Assembly (NCBI RefSeq): GCF_963921235.1
Contig: NC_086097.1
Span: forward strand, 82,214,001 to 82,278,000
Length of the DNA stretch: 64,000 bases
DNA from: Mobula hypostoma
Taxonomy: Eukaryota
Reading direction: 5' to 3'
Of this stretch, positions 24,504-36,985 are shown in pieces. Under the pieces are notes generated by a model. It was given only the letters and a program-made list of their open reading frames with translations, made no database searches and was not told the DNA's origin. Within the stretch, counting starts at the first letter, position 1; every line of letters begins with the position of its first letter. A program made the position numbers and the translations under genes.

Positions 24504-26489
24504 GGTGCCAGAGGACTGGAAAATTGCCAAATGTCACTCCACTCTTTAAGAAAGGAGGAAGTCAGCAGAAAAGAAATTATGGACCAGTTAGCCTGACCTC
24601 AGTGATTGGGAAGATGTTAGAATTAAGGACAAGGTGATGGAGTACTTGGTGACACGGGACAAGATACTACAAAGTCAGCATGGTTTCTTTATTGTGTGCA
24701 GTTTTGGTCCCCTAATCTGAGGAAAGACATCTTTGCCATAGAGGGAGTACAAAGAAGGTTCACCAGATTGATTCCTGGGATGGCAGGTCTTTCATATGAA
24801 GAAAGACTGGACGAACTGGGCTTGTACTCGTTGGAATTTAGAAGATTGAGGGGGGATCTGATTGAAACGTATAAGATCCTAAAGGGATTGGACAGGCTAG
24901 ATGCGGGAAGATTGTTCCCGATGTTGGGGAGGTCTAGAACGAGGGGTCACAGTTTGAGGATAGAGGGGAAGCCTTTTAGGACCGAGGTTAGGAAAAACTT
25001 CTTCACACAGAGAGTGGTGAATCTGTGGAATTCTCTGCCACAGCAAACTGTTGAGGCCAGTTCATTAGCTATGTTTAAAAGGAAGTTAGATATGGCCCTT
25101 GTGGCTACAGGGGTCAGGGGGTATGGAGGGAAGGCTGGGTTCTGAGTTGGATGATCAGCCATGATCATAATAAATGGCGGTGCAGGCTCAAAGGGCCGAA
25201 TGGCCTACTCCTGCACCTATTTTCTATGTTTCTATGTTTCTATGTTTAAGGGGAAATCCTGCCTGATAAACCTGTTGGAATTCTTTGAGGAGATTACAAA
25301 TAGGGTAGATAAAGGGGATACAGTGAATGTTGTATATTTGGACTTTCAGAAGGCCTTTGACAAGGTGCCACACATGAGGCTGCTTACCAAGTTAAGAGCC
25401 CATGGTATTACAGGGAATTTACTAAGATGGTTAGAGCATTGGCTGATTGGAAAAAGGCAGCGAGTGGGAATAACTCTTGTCTGGTTGGCTGCCAGTGACT
25501 AGTGGTGTTCTGCAGAGGTCAATGTTGGGACCACTTCTTTTTATCCAGTATATAAATGATTTAGATGATGTTGCCAAGTTTGTAGATGATACAAAGACTG
25601 GTGGAGGGGCAGGTAGTGTTGATGAGAAAACAGGTAGACTGCAGAAGGACTTAGACAGATTAGGAGAAATGAAATATAATGTTGGAAAACGCATGGTCAT
25701 GCACTTTGGTAGTAGAAATAAATGTGGAGACTATTTTCTAAATGGGGAGAAAATCCAAAAATCTAAGATGCAAAGGGGCTTGGGAGTCCTTGTGTAGAAT
25801 GCCTTAAAGGTTAAATTGCAGATTGAGTTGGTGGTGAGGAAGGCAAATGCAATGTTAGCATTCATTTCAGCAGGTCTAGAGTACAAGAGCAGGAATATGA
25901 TGCTGAGGCTTTATAAGGCACTGATGAGGCCTCACCTTGAGTATTGTGTACAGTTTTGGGCTCCTCATCGTACAAGATATGTGCTGGCATTGGAAAGGAT
26001 CCAGAGGAGGTTCACAAGGATGATTCTAGGAATGAAAGAGTTATCATACGAGGAACAGTTGATAGCTCTGGGCCTGTACTCGCTGGAATTTAGAAGGATG
26101 AGGGAGGATCTCATTGAAACCTTACGAATGTTGAAAGGCCTAGACAGAGTAGATGTGGAAAGGATGCTTCCCATGGTGGGAGAGCCTAGGACAAGAGGGC
26201 ACAGCCTCAGGATAGAGGGACATCCGTTCAAAACAGAGATGCAGAGAAATTGCTTTAGCCAGAGGTGAATTTGTGGAATTTGTTGTCACATATGCAGCTG
26301 TGGAGGCCAGGTCTTTGTGTGTATTTAAGGCAGAGATTGTTAGGTTCTTTAATGGACATTGCATCAAAGGTTACAGGGCGAAGGCTGGGAAATGGGGGTT
26401 GAAGAGGCGAGAAAAAAGGATCAGATTAAATGTCAGAGCAGACTTGATGGGCCAAATAGCCTAATTCTGCTCCTATATCTTATGGTCTT
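24504..26489 (+). mobile_element. 5'-truncated CR1 (same subfamily as 2381-6801) inserted in Gypsy gag
   Basis: RT motifs KGKSCLINLLEFFEE, LDFQKAFDKVPH, KFVDDTK, RPHLEYC; tail tcttatggtctta; CTT at both junctions. Confidence 0.9.
24691..25246 (+). mobile_element. Young CR1 3' fragment nested inside the preceding CR1
   Basis: Uninterrupted 149-aa ORF 24696-25145 (QFWSP..GHSLRI..FFTQRVVNLWNSLP); (TTTCTATG)n tail; splits host catggtttcttt|aaggggaaatcc. Confidence 0.92.
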
Positions 26490-27017
26490 ATTGAGGTGGA
26501 GAAAGAAGGAGGAATGATGCACTGTTGTCTAGTTGCACGTAGACTAGTTGGCATTTTAACAAGCTCCCTATAGTCCTTCATGGGTACATTAATGAGGGCT
26601 ATATGAACTTGATTGGGCATTTGCTGCATAAAGAGTTCTTTAAAAACAAAACAAGGGTGATGATTTCCCAAGAGAGACGGCATGTGGTCTATTAGCTTTG
26701 AAGCTTTGCTGAGGCCGGACAAAGAGAGCAACTATTTGGCGCATTCAGACTCCATAGTCCAAACATCTGTAAAAGATGAGTTTTCAGCAGTAGGTATTTA
26801 TCATGTTCAGGCAGGTGTTCTACTTGACTCACCGCTCCCGCGGCTGTGGAATTACTGAGAACAGAAATATTAAGTGTTGTCAGCAGTGTGTTCTCGTCGC
26901 GCAAATGGGGCCTCAGCTTGTACAAACCAAGCAATGGGATTTGGCTCCCAAAATTCCAGCAGATTAAAAGCAACTCCATTGGCCAACATGTTCAATAACT
27001 CTGGACTCGTCCTGGAG

Positions 27018-27031
27018 CATCAGGGTCACCA
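27018..27031 (-). promoter_or_regulatory. Primer-binding site (tRNA-Trp type)
   Basis: TGGTGACCCTGATG one base after the 5' LTR; matches the tRNA-Trp PBS TGGTGACCCCGACG apart from two CpG-type transitions. Confidence 0.85.
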
Positions 27032-27391
27032 ACGTAAGTTTTCGCAAATAAAATGGCGGAGGCGTTTTATGTTTAAGAAGCGTGGTAGCAACTCATTTAT
27101 CAAACACCAAAAAAAACTGAGCACAAAGTGTGGTCAAAGTCCTTTACATAATTACGTAATCATGTCAGACCCAAACCTTAAAACTAAACCCCAACCTAAC
27201 ATCGGTGGATGAGAATTCTATTCATTTCTGCCAATTACATTACCCTACAGTGTAACTTGGGGGGACTTAAATGTTCGTTTGAATCTTTTACTGTTTGTAA
27301 ATAAATGATTAATATACTTATTTGTAATCAGTGTCTTCTGCCTCACTCAGCAAACCTGTGAACCTGCTTTCACATTACAGCAGCCCTATAC

Positions 27392-28584
27392 GGTACAGAA
27401 GTTCCGTTTTGGAGACATTGCTTCTTAGGCTAAAAAGAGTGCCAACAAATGAGAAGCGGTCTACAATTTCTTGAATCACATTAACATGAGTAGCAACCAG
27501 GGCTGAGTCGTCTGCATACAGAAGCTCTCTGACACAAATCTCTCTTGATTTGCTTGAGGCTTTGAGTCTTGACAAGTTGAACAATTTTCCATCTGAGCGA
27601 GTCCTGATGTACACACCTTTGTCCAAATTATGGTCCATTATTTCCAAAACTGCAGCAAGATATAGTGTGAACAAAGTTGTAGCAAGAAGGCATCCCTGTT
27701 TTCTTCTGTACCAGCCCCCTCCTCCTCTGTGTAGTCCCAGTGAGACCCAACCACCAGTCATATCGGTCAATGGGGTAGCACTGAAATGTTCTGACTCTTT
27801 CACATACGTAGGAAGCGCTGTGACTAACATCAACTCATCAGATCTGGAAGCTGAGAGGAGAATTCAATCAGCTACAAAAGTCTTCGTTACTTTGTAGAAG
27901 CGACTTTGGTCTCGCCACAACATTATAATGGCAACCAAGGTCAAAGTGTATAACACAGCTGTTTTACCATCTCTGCTTTATTCAACTGAAACAATGACAT
28001 TGTATCAGAAGCACATCAAGAAATTGACCAAGACACAACACAGGCATTTACGCCAAATATTACACATCAAGTGGCAAGAGTGGGTACCAGACGTGGAGGT
28101 GCACAAACATGCTAGGACAGTCAGCGTAGAGTCGCTCATTACAGCTTCTCAGCTGCGTTGGACTGGTCATAACACAAGAATGGTGATGATCTTTAACCCA
28201 AAGCTGTTTTCCATGGCGAGCTACATGAAGGAAAGAGGAAGCACGGTGGTCGGAAGCTGCACTACAACGCTGTGCTCAAGCTCCACATGAAGAACACTGA
28301 CATCAACGTCAACACCTGGGAGAAAGGTGCTTTGGACAGAAGAAGTTGGCACCGCACTGTCAAGAAATCAATCCCAGCTATCGAGGAGAAAAGGCAGAAG
28401 AAATATGAAGCAGGTCATGAACGCAGACATTCGGTGCTAGACCAGTCAAATCACAAATGCAACCGATGTGGGAGACAGTGCCAATCCAATGTTGGTCCTG
28501 TGGCCCATAAACGTGCCTGCAGAGACTAAACTCTCAGCACAGTCAACATCAAAATTGATGGACAGCTGAAGAAGTAGAAGAAGA
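27392..28584 (+). mobile_element. RTE (BovB-like) LINE with inverted 5' segment
   Basis: - strand 27392-27700: KQGCLLATTLF..ELLYADD..SKTELLY; + strand from ~27703: LLYQPPP..FTYVGS..QLRWTGH..CNRCGRQC..HKRAC; (GAA)n tail. Confidence 0.9.
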
Positions 28585-30237
28585 TGTATATGGAGAAAAA
28601 CAGATTGTTTTGTTGGAACTTGATATTTGGTACTGTCGAAATTCATTGAATTCGGTAACTACAACTTTCAATGTTGTCAGCCATTTTCTTTGGTTGGTGA
28701 GAGGTTGGGGAAGTAGATAAACGTGCAGCCAGAATTGATTGGAGAAAATGTATGTCTAGGAATGTGGGCACGTGTGGGCTGGAGTCAGGAGCCCAGGAGT
28801 GGGGCAGATGTGATAGATTTGCTAGGGGCAGATGTGGGGGCAGGGCAGGGACAGCAGGTATGATGCTGTAGCCATGGGTTGGGAGAGTGAATTGGGGTTG
28901 TATGTAAGGGGCTGGGAACGTAGGTGCATGTGGGCTCAGAGCCAGTGGTCAGGAACAGAGCCGGGTACATTGCTCCAATTGGGAGTCAGCTATCAGAGAA
29001 CAGCCAGGAGTGTGAGCTAGTAGATGAGAGTGAGGTGGGAGGCAATGGGCAACACAACTGTGCCTGAGTCCATACTTTTTCGTTGTAAGGTAGCTACACA
29101 AGTTCCCACCAACACGTGAGCATTAATACCCATGCAACATCTCTTGTCATCTCCATTGTTCTTGCCACCGGATCAAGCCCCTTGCTCTGTTAAGTCTACT
29201 AAAAGAAACCCAAAGCACAGACAGCTTCCACTGTACAATGTGAAGCATGAGATTTGAAATGACAGAAATCAAACAGATCATACCTCCAGTGACAGATGAA
29301 AATTTAGGAGCTTGGGGGCAATGATGTGGATGATCAACGTGACACAACAGACAGAGAATGGCCAATATAAAGAACATGCTGGAAATCTTCAGTACAGGTA
29401 ACATCTGTAAAAAGAGAAACTAAATTCTGAGAAAGAGATTTCAGCTTGAAACATTAGATTTTCTGCTGTCATTGCAGAGGAAGCCTTTTCAGTTGCTTCT
29501 GACCAATGGCTAAAGAGCCACTCCCTAAATGATAGTGTGTAGCAGCACGGTGAACGTGATCTTCACCAACCACCAGTTCCAGGATAAATGAAGGGAGTAA
29601 CACCAGCCACTGTACATGACCTTTCTCAGGCTCACCAAAGGCATTGACTTCATCAAGCAGAAAGGACTGTTGACCATTCTCCTCAGAAAAAGCTCCCCAC
29701 AATTTATCTGTGTCTTAATTGTTTCCTGGTGCCCTGCAATCTATAATCCCGAACAACACAACACTGAAGGTCACTGCCAAACAAGATTGCATCAATTTCT
29801 CAATGCCACAATGTTGCACTTCACGTTGAAAAACTTCCCATGGGAGTGGAGCTTATCTTCAGAGTTAATGGGAATCTTCACCCCACAGCAACTGTACTTC
29901 AGGACTGTTACCCCAGCTTTATTAATCAAACTGCAGTATGCCAACGTTGCTTATATTTGAGAATACTTGGAGACAAAGAATACTTTCACTAAGGCATATG
30001 AGAGAATGTGATTTGCACTCAGCATTGTCCTGTCTCAAACTTAGTCTGCCGTACAATACTTATCACTAGCAATAAAGGTTTACGGCAAGACCCTGGAAAA
30101 CATGGATCACTTCTCTCATCCTGGTAGTCTTTTCTTAGCACAGCTATACAATATTGACAATATTAATCATTGCCAACACAATTTTTCCTCAGTTTGAGAT
30201 CAAGGGTATTTGAAAATCAACACCTCAGCTCTGATAA

Positions 30238-30710
30238 AATCAGAATTAGAATCAGGTTTAATGTCATCGGCATATGTTGTGAAATTTGTTAACTTTGCTG
30301 CAGCAGTACAACACATGATATAGAGAGAAAAAGAAAACTGAATTGTAGTAAATATATATATAATTGTTATTTAAGTAATTCGTGCAAAAAATAGGAAATA
30401 AAAAAAGGTAGTGTTTATGGATTCAATGTTCATTCAGAAATCAGATAGAAGAGGGGAAGAAGCTGTTCCTGAATTGTTGTGTGCGTGCCTTCAGGCTTCT
30501 GTTCCTCTTTTCTAATGGTAGCAATGAGAAGAGAGCATGTCCAGGGCGGTGGAGGTCCTTAATGATGGACGCCGCCTTTCTGAGGCACCGCTCCCTGAAA
30601 ATGACTTTTATACTGTACTGTGGAGGCTGGTGCCCATGATGCAGCTGACTAATATTACAACTCTCTGCAGCTTACTTCGATCCTGTGCAGTAGCCACTTC
30701 CCCATGCTAC
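30238..30710 (-). mobile_element. Rex1/Babar 3' fragment, (TTCTGA)n tail, within a decayed RTE fragment (~30040-30850)
   Basis: Homologous to 17523-18000; left flank encodes TLENMDHF (RTE-like). Confidence 0.75.
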
Positions 30711-30852
30711 CAAGTAAATAACAAAACCAGCTGTTTACTGGATAGCAGTGATCCCTGATCTAATATCTGCTTCTGAGATTAGACTTCCAAAAGCAGGCAT
30801 TTCAAGATACTGAGGAGATAAGATAACCCTGTCTCTACAGCATATTTGGGCT

Positions 30853-31064
30853 TGTAAGTTTCTGCAAATAAAATAAAGTGAGGCATTTTATGTTTAATGA
30901 AACCTGAAACACATTTTATTGAACTCCAAAACCTAAACACAAAAGTGCATTAAAAATCCTTACGTAATAATGCCATCACGTCAGCCTAGCCTCTTGAAAA
31001 GAAACCCCCACTATTGACAGTGGTTGTGAATTAAATGCATTTCTCCCAATTACATTACCCTACA
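30853..31064 (-). mobile_element. Solo Gypsy LTR related to the 23573-27249 family
   Basis: TGTAAG...caattacattaccctaCA, homologous to 27033-27249; flanks GGCT/GGTT (3 of 4 TSD match). Confidence 0.85.
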
Positions 31065-31144
31065 GGTTCACTAGAAGGATAAGGTAACCAATGTTGGTGA
31101 CCTTCTCTAGGTTAGCCTCCCCAGCTTTGAGACCCTCATTATAT

Positions 31145-31270
31145 CAGTCCAGTTGAAGGGTTTTGATTTGAAACACTAACTCCCATTTCTCTCTGTACAT
31201 GCTGCCTGACCCATTGCATTCCTCCAGCAGTTTGTTTCTGCTCCAGATTGCATCTGCAGTCTCTCGTGTC
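31145..31270 (+). mobile_element. Short Penelope-derived unit starting at a decayed hammerhead motif
   Basis: cagtc-cagttga-agggttttgattt-gaaac then gctgcctgacccattgcattcctccagc. Confidence 0.7.
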
Positions 31271-31399
31271 CTCCTTATTCTCCTCAATGGGCTACTTTGA
31301 TCAATCCCCATTGTTATTAGTCCAGACACTGGACTCCCAAAACAAAGCTTTGTTGTGTCATAGGTAGAGGCTACCAAGCAAAGCTTTCCTGAATTAAAG

Positions 31400-31790
31400 A
31401 TAAAATCTCTGCTTAATGCTGGAGACCTCAGGCATGTGAGAAACTGTACTTGAGCACTCCAGTCAGCTGGTTGGCACGGTTTTTCAGTTTCCTGCCAGGT
31501 ACACCATTGGGCTCTGACGTCTTGTTCACGCTCCTGAAAGATATTCAAACGCCGGCCTCTGAGACAGAGGTCACAGAGTGCCAGATGCTGCAGGGATTTA
31601 TGAGAGGTATAGTTGCATTCCCCATTTCAAAGTGTGCATATAAGGTGTTCAGCTCATCGGGTTGTGAAGCATCACAGACATTTAACAAGGTTAGGTTTAG
31701 CCTTGTAAGAATGACCCGCTGTAGCTGATATGCACCCAATTCTGTCTCTAACTTCACCCAGAATTAGAGGAGGTGGACTGTCAACATACG
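31400..31790 (-). mobile_element. Rex1/Babar internal fragment
   Basis: CDASQPDELNTLYAHFE..SVSEAGV (31545-31757). Confidence 0.8.
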
Positions 31791-33004
31791 GGCCAGAGGT
31801 TTCCCAGCTCCCAACAAAACAGAGAGCAACTTGCAAGGAATCTGCCCATCTTTCCTCCCAAAATGAATATAAGTAGCCAGTTAAGGCAGTTACCTGCACA
31901 TGGTTTGGCTAATCTGACCCTCTTCACTGTAACAAATGTGAATATAAAAATGAAATGGAAACCAGAGAAAAGTTTTAAGTTTACTTTAAAAAAGACTGTA
32001 GCTGAATAAGAAAACTCTTAAAGTAAATTATCTGTCACTGATTTTGCTACTGAATTACAGGAGCACACTATTTTTTATGAACAGCTAAGTAGTGAGCATT
32101 CATTACATTTCAATGCTTCATTAATGTACACTTTGGGAAAATTTCCCACAATGATGAACACAGCATGAATCTCTGGTAGCTGGGTACACTAATTCATCTT
32201 TCAGGAGCTTAATAACTTAATGAGTAAAAGCAAAATCATCCGCAGTATAGTAATTAACAAAACTGATTAATGCTGCTCATGTGAATTAAATTGTTGTATT
32301 TTCCTTTTCCTCATCACCAATGCACACATTCTTTTCCTTTATGGATTGAGCTTTCAAACATAAACGTTTCTATTGAGCACTATCTAAAATTTGATTTGTT
32401 GTAAATCATGTTACAGCATTAAAAAGTTGTCATAAATCCCACCTCATGATAACAATTGGTGGGAGATAGATTTGACAAGCATGTCTGGGTTACTTGCCCC
32501 TTTGCTTATTTTTCCTTATCAGGTGGCTACAGAGTTGTTTAAAGTAACCAAAAAAGTCTGAACCATGTAAAGATTAAATCCTTTAAGATTAAATGTACAA
32601 CTGTTCTTTGGTATGTGAAGTGTATGCCACTGGTAAATGGATATACTGGTGGAAAGTTGATTGACTTGTCTTGAATGGAGAAAGATTTCAGAAAATTTGT
32701 CATATCACACATAGCTGCATATTAATAGCACTTTGACTATTTGTTTGCTTATCTTGTGTGCCGGAAGTTATATACAAATTACTTGCCATATTTCTTCAAT
32801 CTCCCATATCTCCCCACCTCAGGCATTTAATTTATTCCCAAACCATCTGGTTATTATTTTTCTGTTTGGAAAGCCTTATCACTCTAACGTGTTTTAAACA
32901 ATATACCTGAAAGTGGTGTTCAGATTATGAACCTCTGCTGTGATGCCCTCAGTTCCTCCCCATACTCTGTTGTTGATGGATTGAATAATATGCATGCTCT
33001 TACA

Positions 33005-33600
33005 TAGCAACACACACACACAATGCTGGAGGAACTCAGCAGATCAGGCAGCTGCTTTGGAAATGAATAAGCAGTCGATGTTTCCGGTTGAGGCCCTCTA
33101 CCAGGACTGGAAAAGAATGGTGGAAGATTCCAGGATAAGAAGGTAGGTGGAGGGGAAGGAGTACAAGCTAGAAGATGATAGATGCAGCCAGGTGGGTGGG
33201 GAGGGAAGGGAGATGAAACAGGAAGCTGGGAGGCGATAGGTGGAAAAGGTACAGGGCTGGAGAAGAAGGAATCTGACAGGAGAGGGCGGTGGACCATAGG
33301 AGAAAGGGAAGGGGCAGCACCAGGGGGAGATGATAGGCAGGTGAGAAGAGGGAAGAGGCCAGAGTGGGGAATAGAAGGAGGGGAAGGGAGGGGAAATAAA
33401 CTACCAGAAGTTGGAGAAATCAATGTGCATGCCATTAGGTTGGAGGCAACCTAGACAGAATATGAGTGGTCTTATCCTGGCAAGAGAGGTCATGAGCCGA
33501 CATGTCAGAATGGGAATGGGGATGGGAATTAAACTGGTTGGCCACTGGAAAATCCTGCTTTTTGCAGATAGAGTGGAGGTGCTCTAGAAAACAGTCAGCT
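33005..33600 (-). mobile_element. Penelope-like 3' part (endonuclease C-terminus + terminal repeat with hammerhead remnant)
   Basis: Homologous to 56660-57190; - strand CAGTC-CTGGTAGA-GGGCCTCAACCG-GAAAC-ATC-GACTG at 33072-33109. Confidence 0.85.
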
Positions 33601-33784
33601 CAGACCCAAACAGCCAACATGTTATTCTGAGTCTGCAATGCCTGGTTCCACGTTCTTTGTCAGGAGATGCACCCACTCACCACCCATCTGTCAAAGCCTG
33701 CTCGAATCTTTTACGTTCATCCAATCTGCTCATATTGTTCCAAACATTAGAGTGCGCAGACTATGCGTTCTCTGTGTCTAACGT

Positions 33785-33945
33785 GGGGCAGTACAGTGGG
33801 CCAGACACAGAGGTGCCGCCTCATGACCCTGGAGAACCATGGTAAATCCCGGCCTTTGCTGCTGTCTGCATGGAGTTTCACATTCTCCCCGTGACCTTTC
33901 AAGTTTTCCCCAGTGCTCTAGTTTTTTTTTCATATCCCAAAGACA
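33785..33945 (+). mobile_element. V-SINE (HE1-like), 3'-truncated
   Basis: V-core tgcatggagtttcacattctccccgtgacc...tcccaaagac after a decayed tRNA-like head. Confidence 0.7.
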
Positions 33946-33949
33946 ACAA

Positions 33950-35785
33950 GGAAAAATTAGGTACCTGAGGAGTATAAGAAATGCAAGAGAACTCTAAACA
34001 GAGAAATCAGGAGAGCTAAATGAACGCTTGAGTTTGTTCTAGCAGACAAGGCAAAGGTAAAAACCCAACGGTTTCTATTGGTGTATTAAAAGCAAAAGGA
34101 TAGCAAGGGACAATATTGGTGCTGCTGAAGATCAGCGTGGCCATCTATGCATGGAGCTGAAAGAGATGGGTGGGGGAATCTTTAATGGATTTTTTGCATT
34201 TGTCTTTACTTGGGAGAGGGAAACAAAGTCTATGGCAGTGAAGCAAAACAGCAGTGAGGTAGTGACACATATACAGATTTCAGAGGAGGAAGTGCTAGCT
34301 GTCATGAGGCAAATCCCCAGGGCTTGACATGGTGCTCCACCAGCCCTCATGGGAGGTCAGAGCAGAAATTGTGGGGGCCCTAGAAGAGGCATTTAAAATG
34401 TTCTTAGACCCAGGTGAGGTGCTGGTGGATTGAAGGTTACCTAATGTTTAAGAAGAGCTCTAAAGATAAGTCAGGAAATTATAGGCCAACGAGCCTGACA
34501 TCAGTAGTAGGAAAGGTATTGGAAGGTATTCCAGGGGACCAGATATATAAGTATTCGGAAAGACAGGGACTGATTGGGGATAGTCAACACGGCCTTGTGC
34601 GTGGTGGGTTGTGCTAATTAAACTTATAGAGTTTATCGAGGAGCTTACCAGGAAAGTTGATGAAGGAAAGTCAGTGGATATTGTCTACATGGGCTTCAGC
34701 AAGTTATCTGGTAAAGTCCCGCAAGGGAGGTTAGTCAAGAAGGTTCAATTGCTTGCCATTCTCGATGAGATACTAAACTGGATTCACCATTGGCTGCGCA
34801 GGAGATACCAGAGAGAGGCAGTATCTTCTCTGACTGGAGACTTGTTATTAGTTGTGTGCCACAGGGAATGATCTGGATGTTAATGCAGTAAACTAGATCA
34901 GCAAATTTGTGAAAGACAACAAGATAGGAGGCATAGTACAGTGACGAAAGCTACCAAAGCTTGCAGCAGGATCTGGTCTGGTGGGGAAAATGGGCTGAAA
35001 AATGGCAGATGGAATTTAATGCAGGCAAGTGTGAGGTGTTGCACTTTGGGAGGACCAACCAGGGTAGGCCTTACAGAGTGAATGGTAGGGCTCTGAGGGG
35101 TGCTGTGGAACTGAGGGATCTGAGAATACAGGTGTATAATTCATTGATAGTGGCATCACCGGTAGATAGGATCATTACGAGGGCGCATTGGTCTTCATAG
35201 ATAAAAATATTGAGTGCAGGAGTTGGGATGTTTTGTTGAAGTTATATAAGACATTGATGAGGCCTAATTTGGAGTTGTGTGCAGTTTTAGTTACCTACCT
35301 ACAGGAAGGATGTAAACAAGATTGAAGGAGTACAGAGAAAATTTATAAGGATGTTGTTGGGACTGTAGGACCTGAGTTATAAGAAAAGATTGAATAGATT
35401 AGGATTTTATTCCCTGGAGCATTGGAGAATGGGGGTAGATTTGATAGGGGTATACAAAGTTATGAGGGATATAGATGGGGGTAAATGCAAGCAGAATTCT
35501 TCGAATGAGTTTGGATAAGACTAGAACTACGAGTCATGGGTTAAGGGGAACATGAGTGGAATCTTCTTCACTGTTGGTGAGCATGTGGAACAATCAGCGT
35601 AGGTGGTGGATGCATATTTGATTTTAACATTATAGAGAAATTTTGATTAGTATATGGATGGGAGAGGTATAATGGACTGTGGTCCGGAGGTGCAGGTCAA
35701 TGGGACTAGGCAGAATAATAGTTCAGCATGGACTAGATGGGCCAAAAGGCCTATGTCTGTGCTGTAGTACTCTATGACTCTATGT
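33950..35785 (+). mobile_element. Decayed CR1 LINE (ORF2 3' part)
   Basis: GNYRPTSLTSVVGKVLE, VDIVYMGFSK, KWQMEFNAGKCEVLHFGR; tail actctatgactctatg. Confidence 0.88.
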
Positions 35786-36714
35786 CTGTTCCTAAATGCC
35801 TCTGAGACTTTCAAAAAGGTGTATGAAGTTTTAATACTTAGAGCATGAAACTTAAATGCTTAAAACAACAATCAAAATCAAAAATAACTCAATACTTAAA
35901 ATTTATTAAAACATTCAAGATTAGTTTTTATAAAAATTGTGAAGACTTGAACATTGTTAAAGGAATACTTCAGGAAGCTTTTTTCTAATGCCTCTCTTCT
36001 TACATGACCTTACATCTATTCTCTTCCTTTAAACCAGCCCTTGCAACTTCTTGGAACATGTGCAGAATTTTCTGTCAAGTTCACAATGTATTTGTAAAAT
36101 AAGCCCACGTTCCTCTCTTTCACCGAAGTGAACAAAGAGCCTAGAAGTGAATCGTATGCAGGTAATTATTGGTGGCAGATTCTAGATTTCGGTGTTCACA
36201 CGAGTTCATGCAGAAATCCCAAACTTATTGAAAGTTCTGCATTCCCTACTGCCCAGTAAGATCATGGCAGGACTTAGCTTCCATTATTATGTTGACTGAC
36301 GGATTGTTGGATATTAAAGTGCAATTGAGCATCACTGAATAACTGTTTAGCACCTCACTCATGTACTCAGGCTGATATTCAGACATTTTTAGGTCAATTG
36401 TAATGAAATTTTAAAAATATTTGTTCCTTGTTCTTTTCTGACAAATATTAAGTATTCACAAACAATACAGGAAATGTACAGGAACTCAAGGTTCAAAGAG
36501 ATTACTAGAGAAATATAAATAATAAATACAGAAAGAAAGAAAAATAGTTTAGAGTAAGAGACAAAATAATACTTACCAATGAATCACTAAAACACACTAC
36601 TGCCAGAGGGAATATCCATTCCTCCTCCTTCTCTCACACCTTCATTCCATCCATCTCTCTTCCTTCCCCCTCCCCCTCGTTCTCCTTATCTCTAGCTCCT
36701 AGCACTAGTCAAAA

Positions 36715-36985
36715 CCCAGCCTAGCGGTTAACACGACACTATACATCTCAGGGCGTCAGAGTTTAATTCCGGCTTCCTCTGGAATCAGGTTCCTTCCTGT
36801 GTCCATATATGTTTCCTCTGGGTGCTTTAGTTTCCTCCCACAGTCCAAAGATGTACCGGTTAATAGGTTAATCAGTCATTAAAAATTGTCCCGTGATTAG
36901 GCCTGTGTTAAATTGGGGGGTTGCTAGGCAGCGTGGCTTGAAGGCCTGAAGGGCCTATTTTGTGCTGTACTAAATAAAAAAAAAA
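36715..36985 (+). mobile_element. V-SINE with CR1-like tail and poly(A)
   Basis: tttcctctgggtgctttagtttcctcccacagtccaaagatgtac core; gaagggcctattttgtgctgta tail. Confidence 0.8.

Larger units (their letters stand above)
23573..27249 (-). mobile_element. Gypsy LTR retrotransposon: 5' LTR, PBS, gag, protease and partial 3' LTR; RT/RH/IN absent; interrupted by CR1
   Basis: TG...CA ends with perfect GTGT TSD (23569-72, 27250-53); 5' LTR 27033-27249; partial 3' LTR 23573-~23735; gag-like KASKLIDHMPSLLGNHHPCFVFKELFMQQMP, FYHARFG knuckle, protease-like RFLSDRGAQVSELP..AANGS. Confidence 0.9.

Noticed and set aside
32920..33454. Pro/Ser-rich and Gly-rich ORFs on both strands
   Set aside because: Products of the purine/pyrimidine-skewed Penelope terminal repeat
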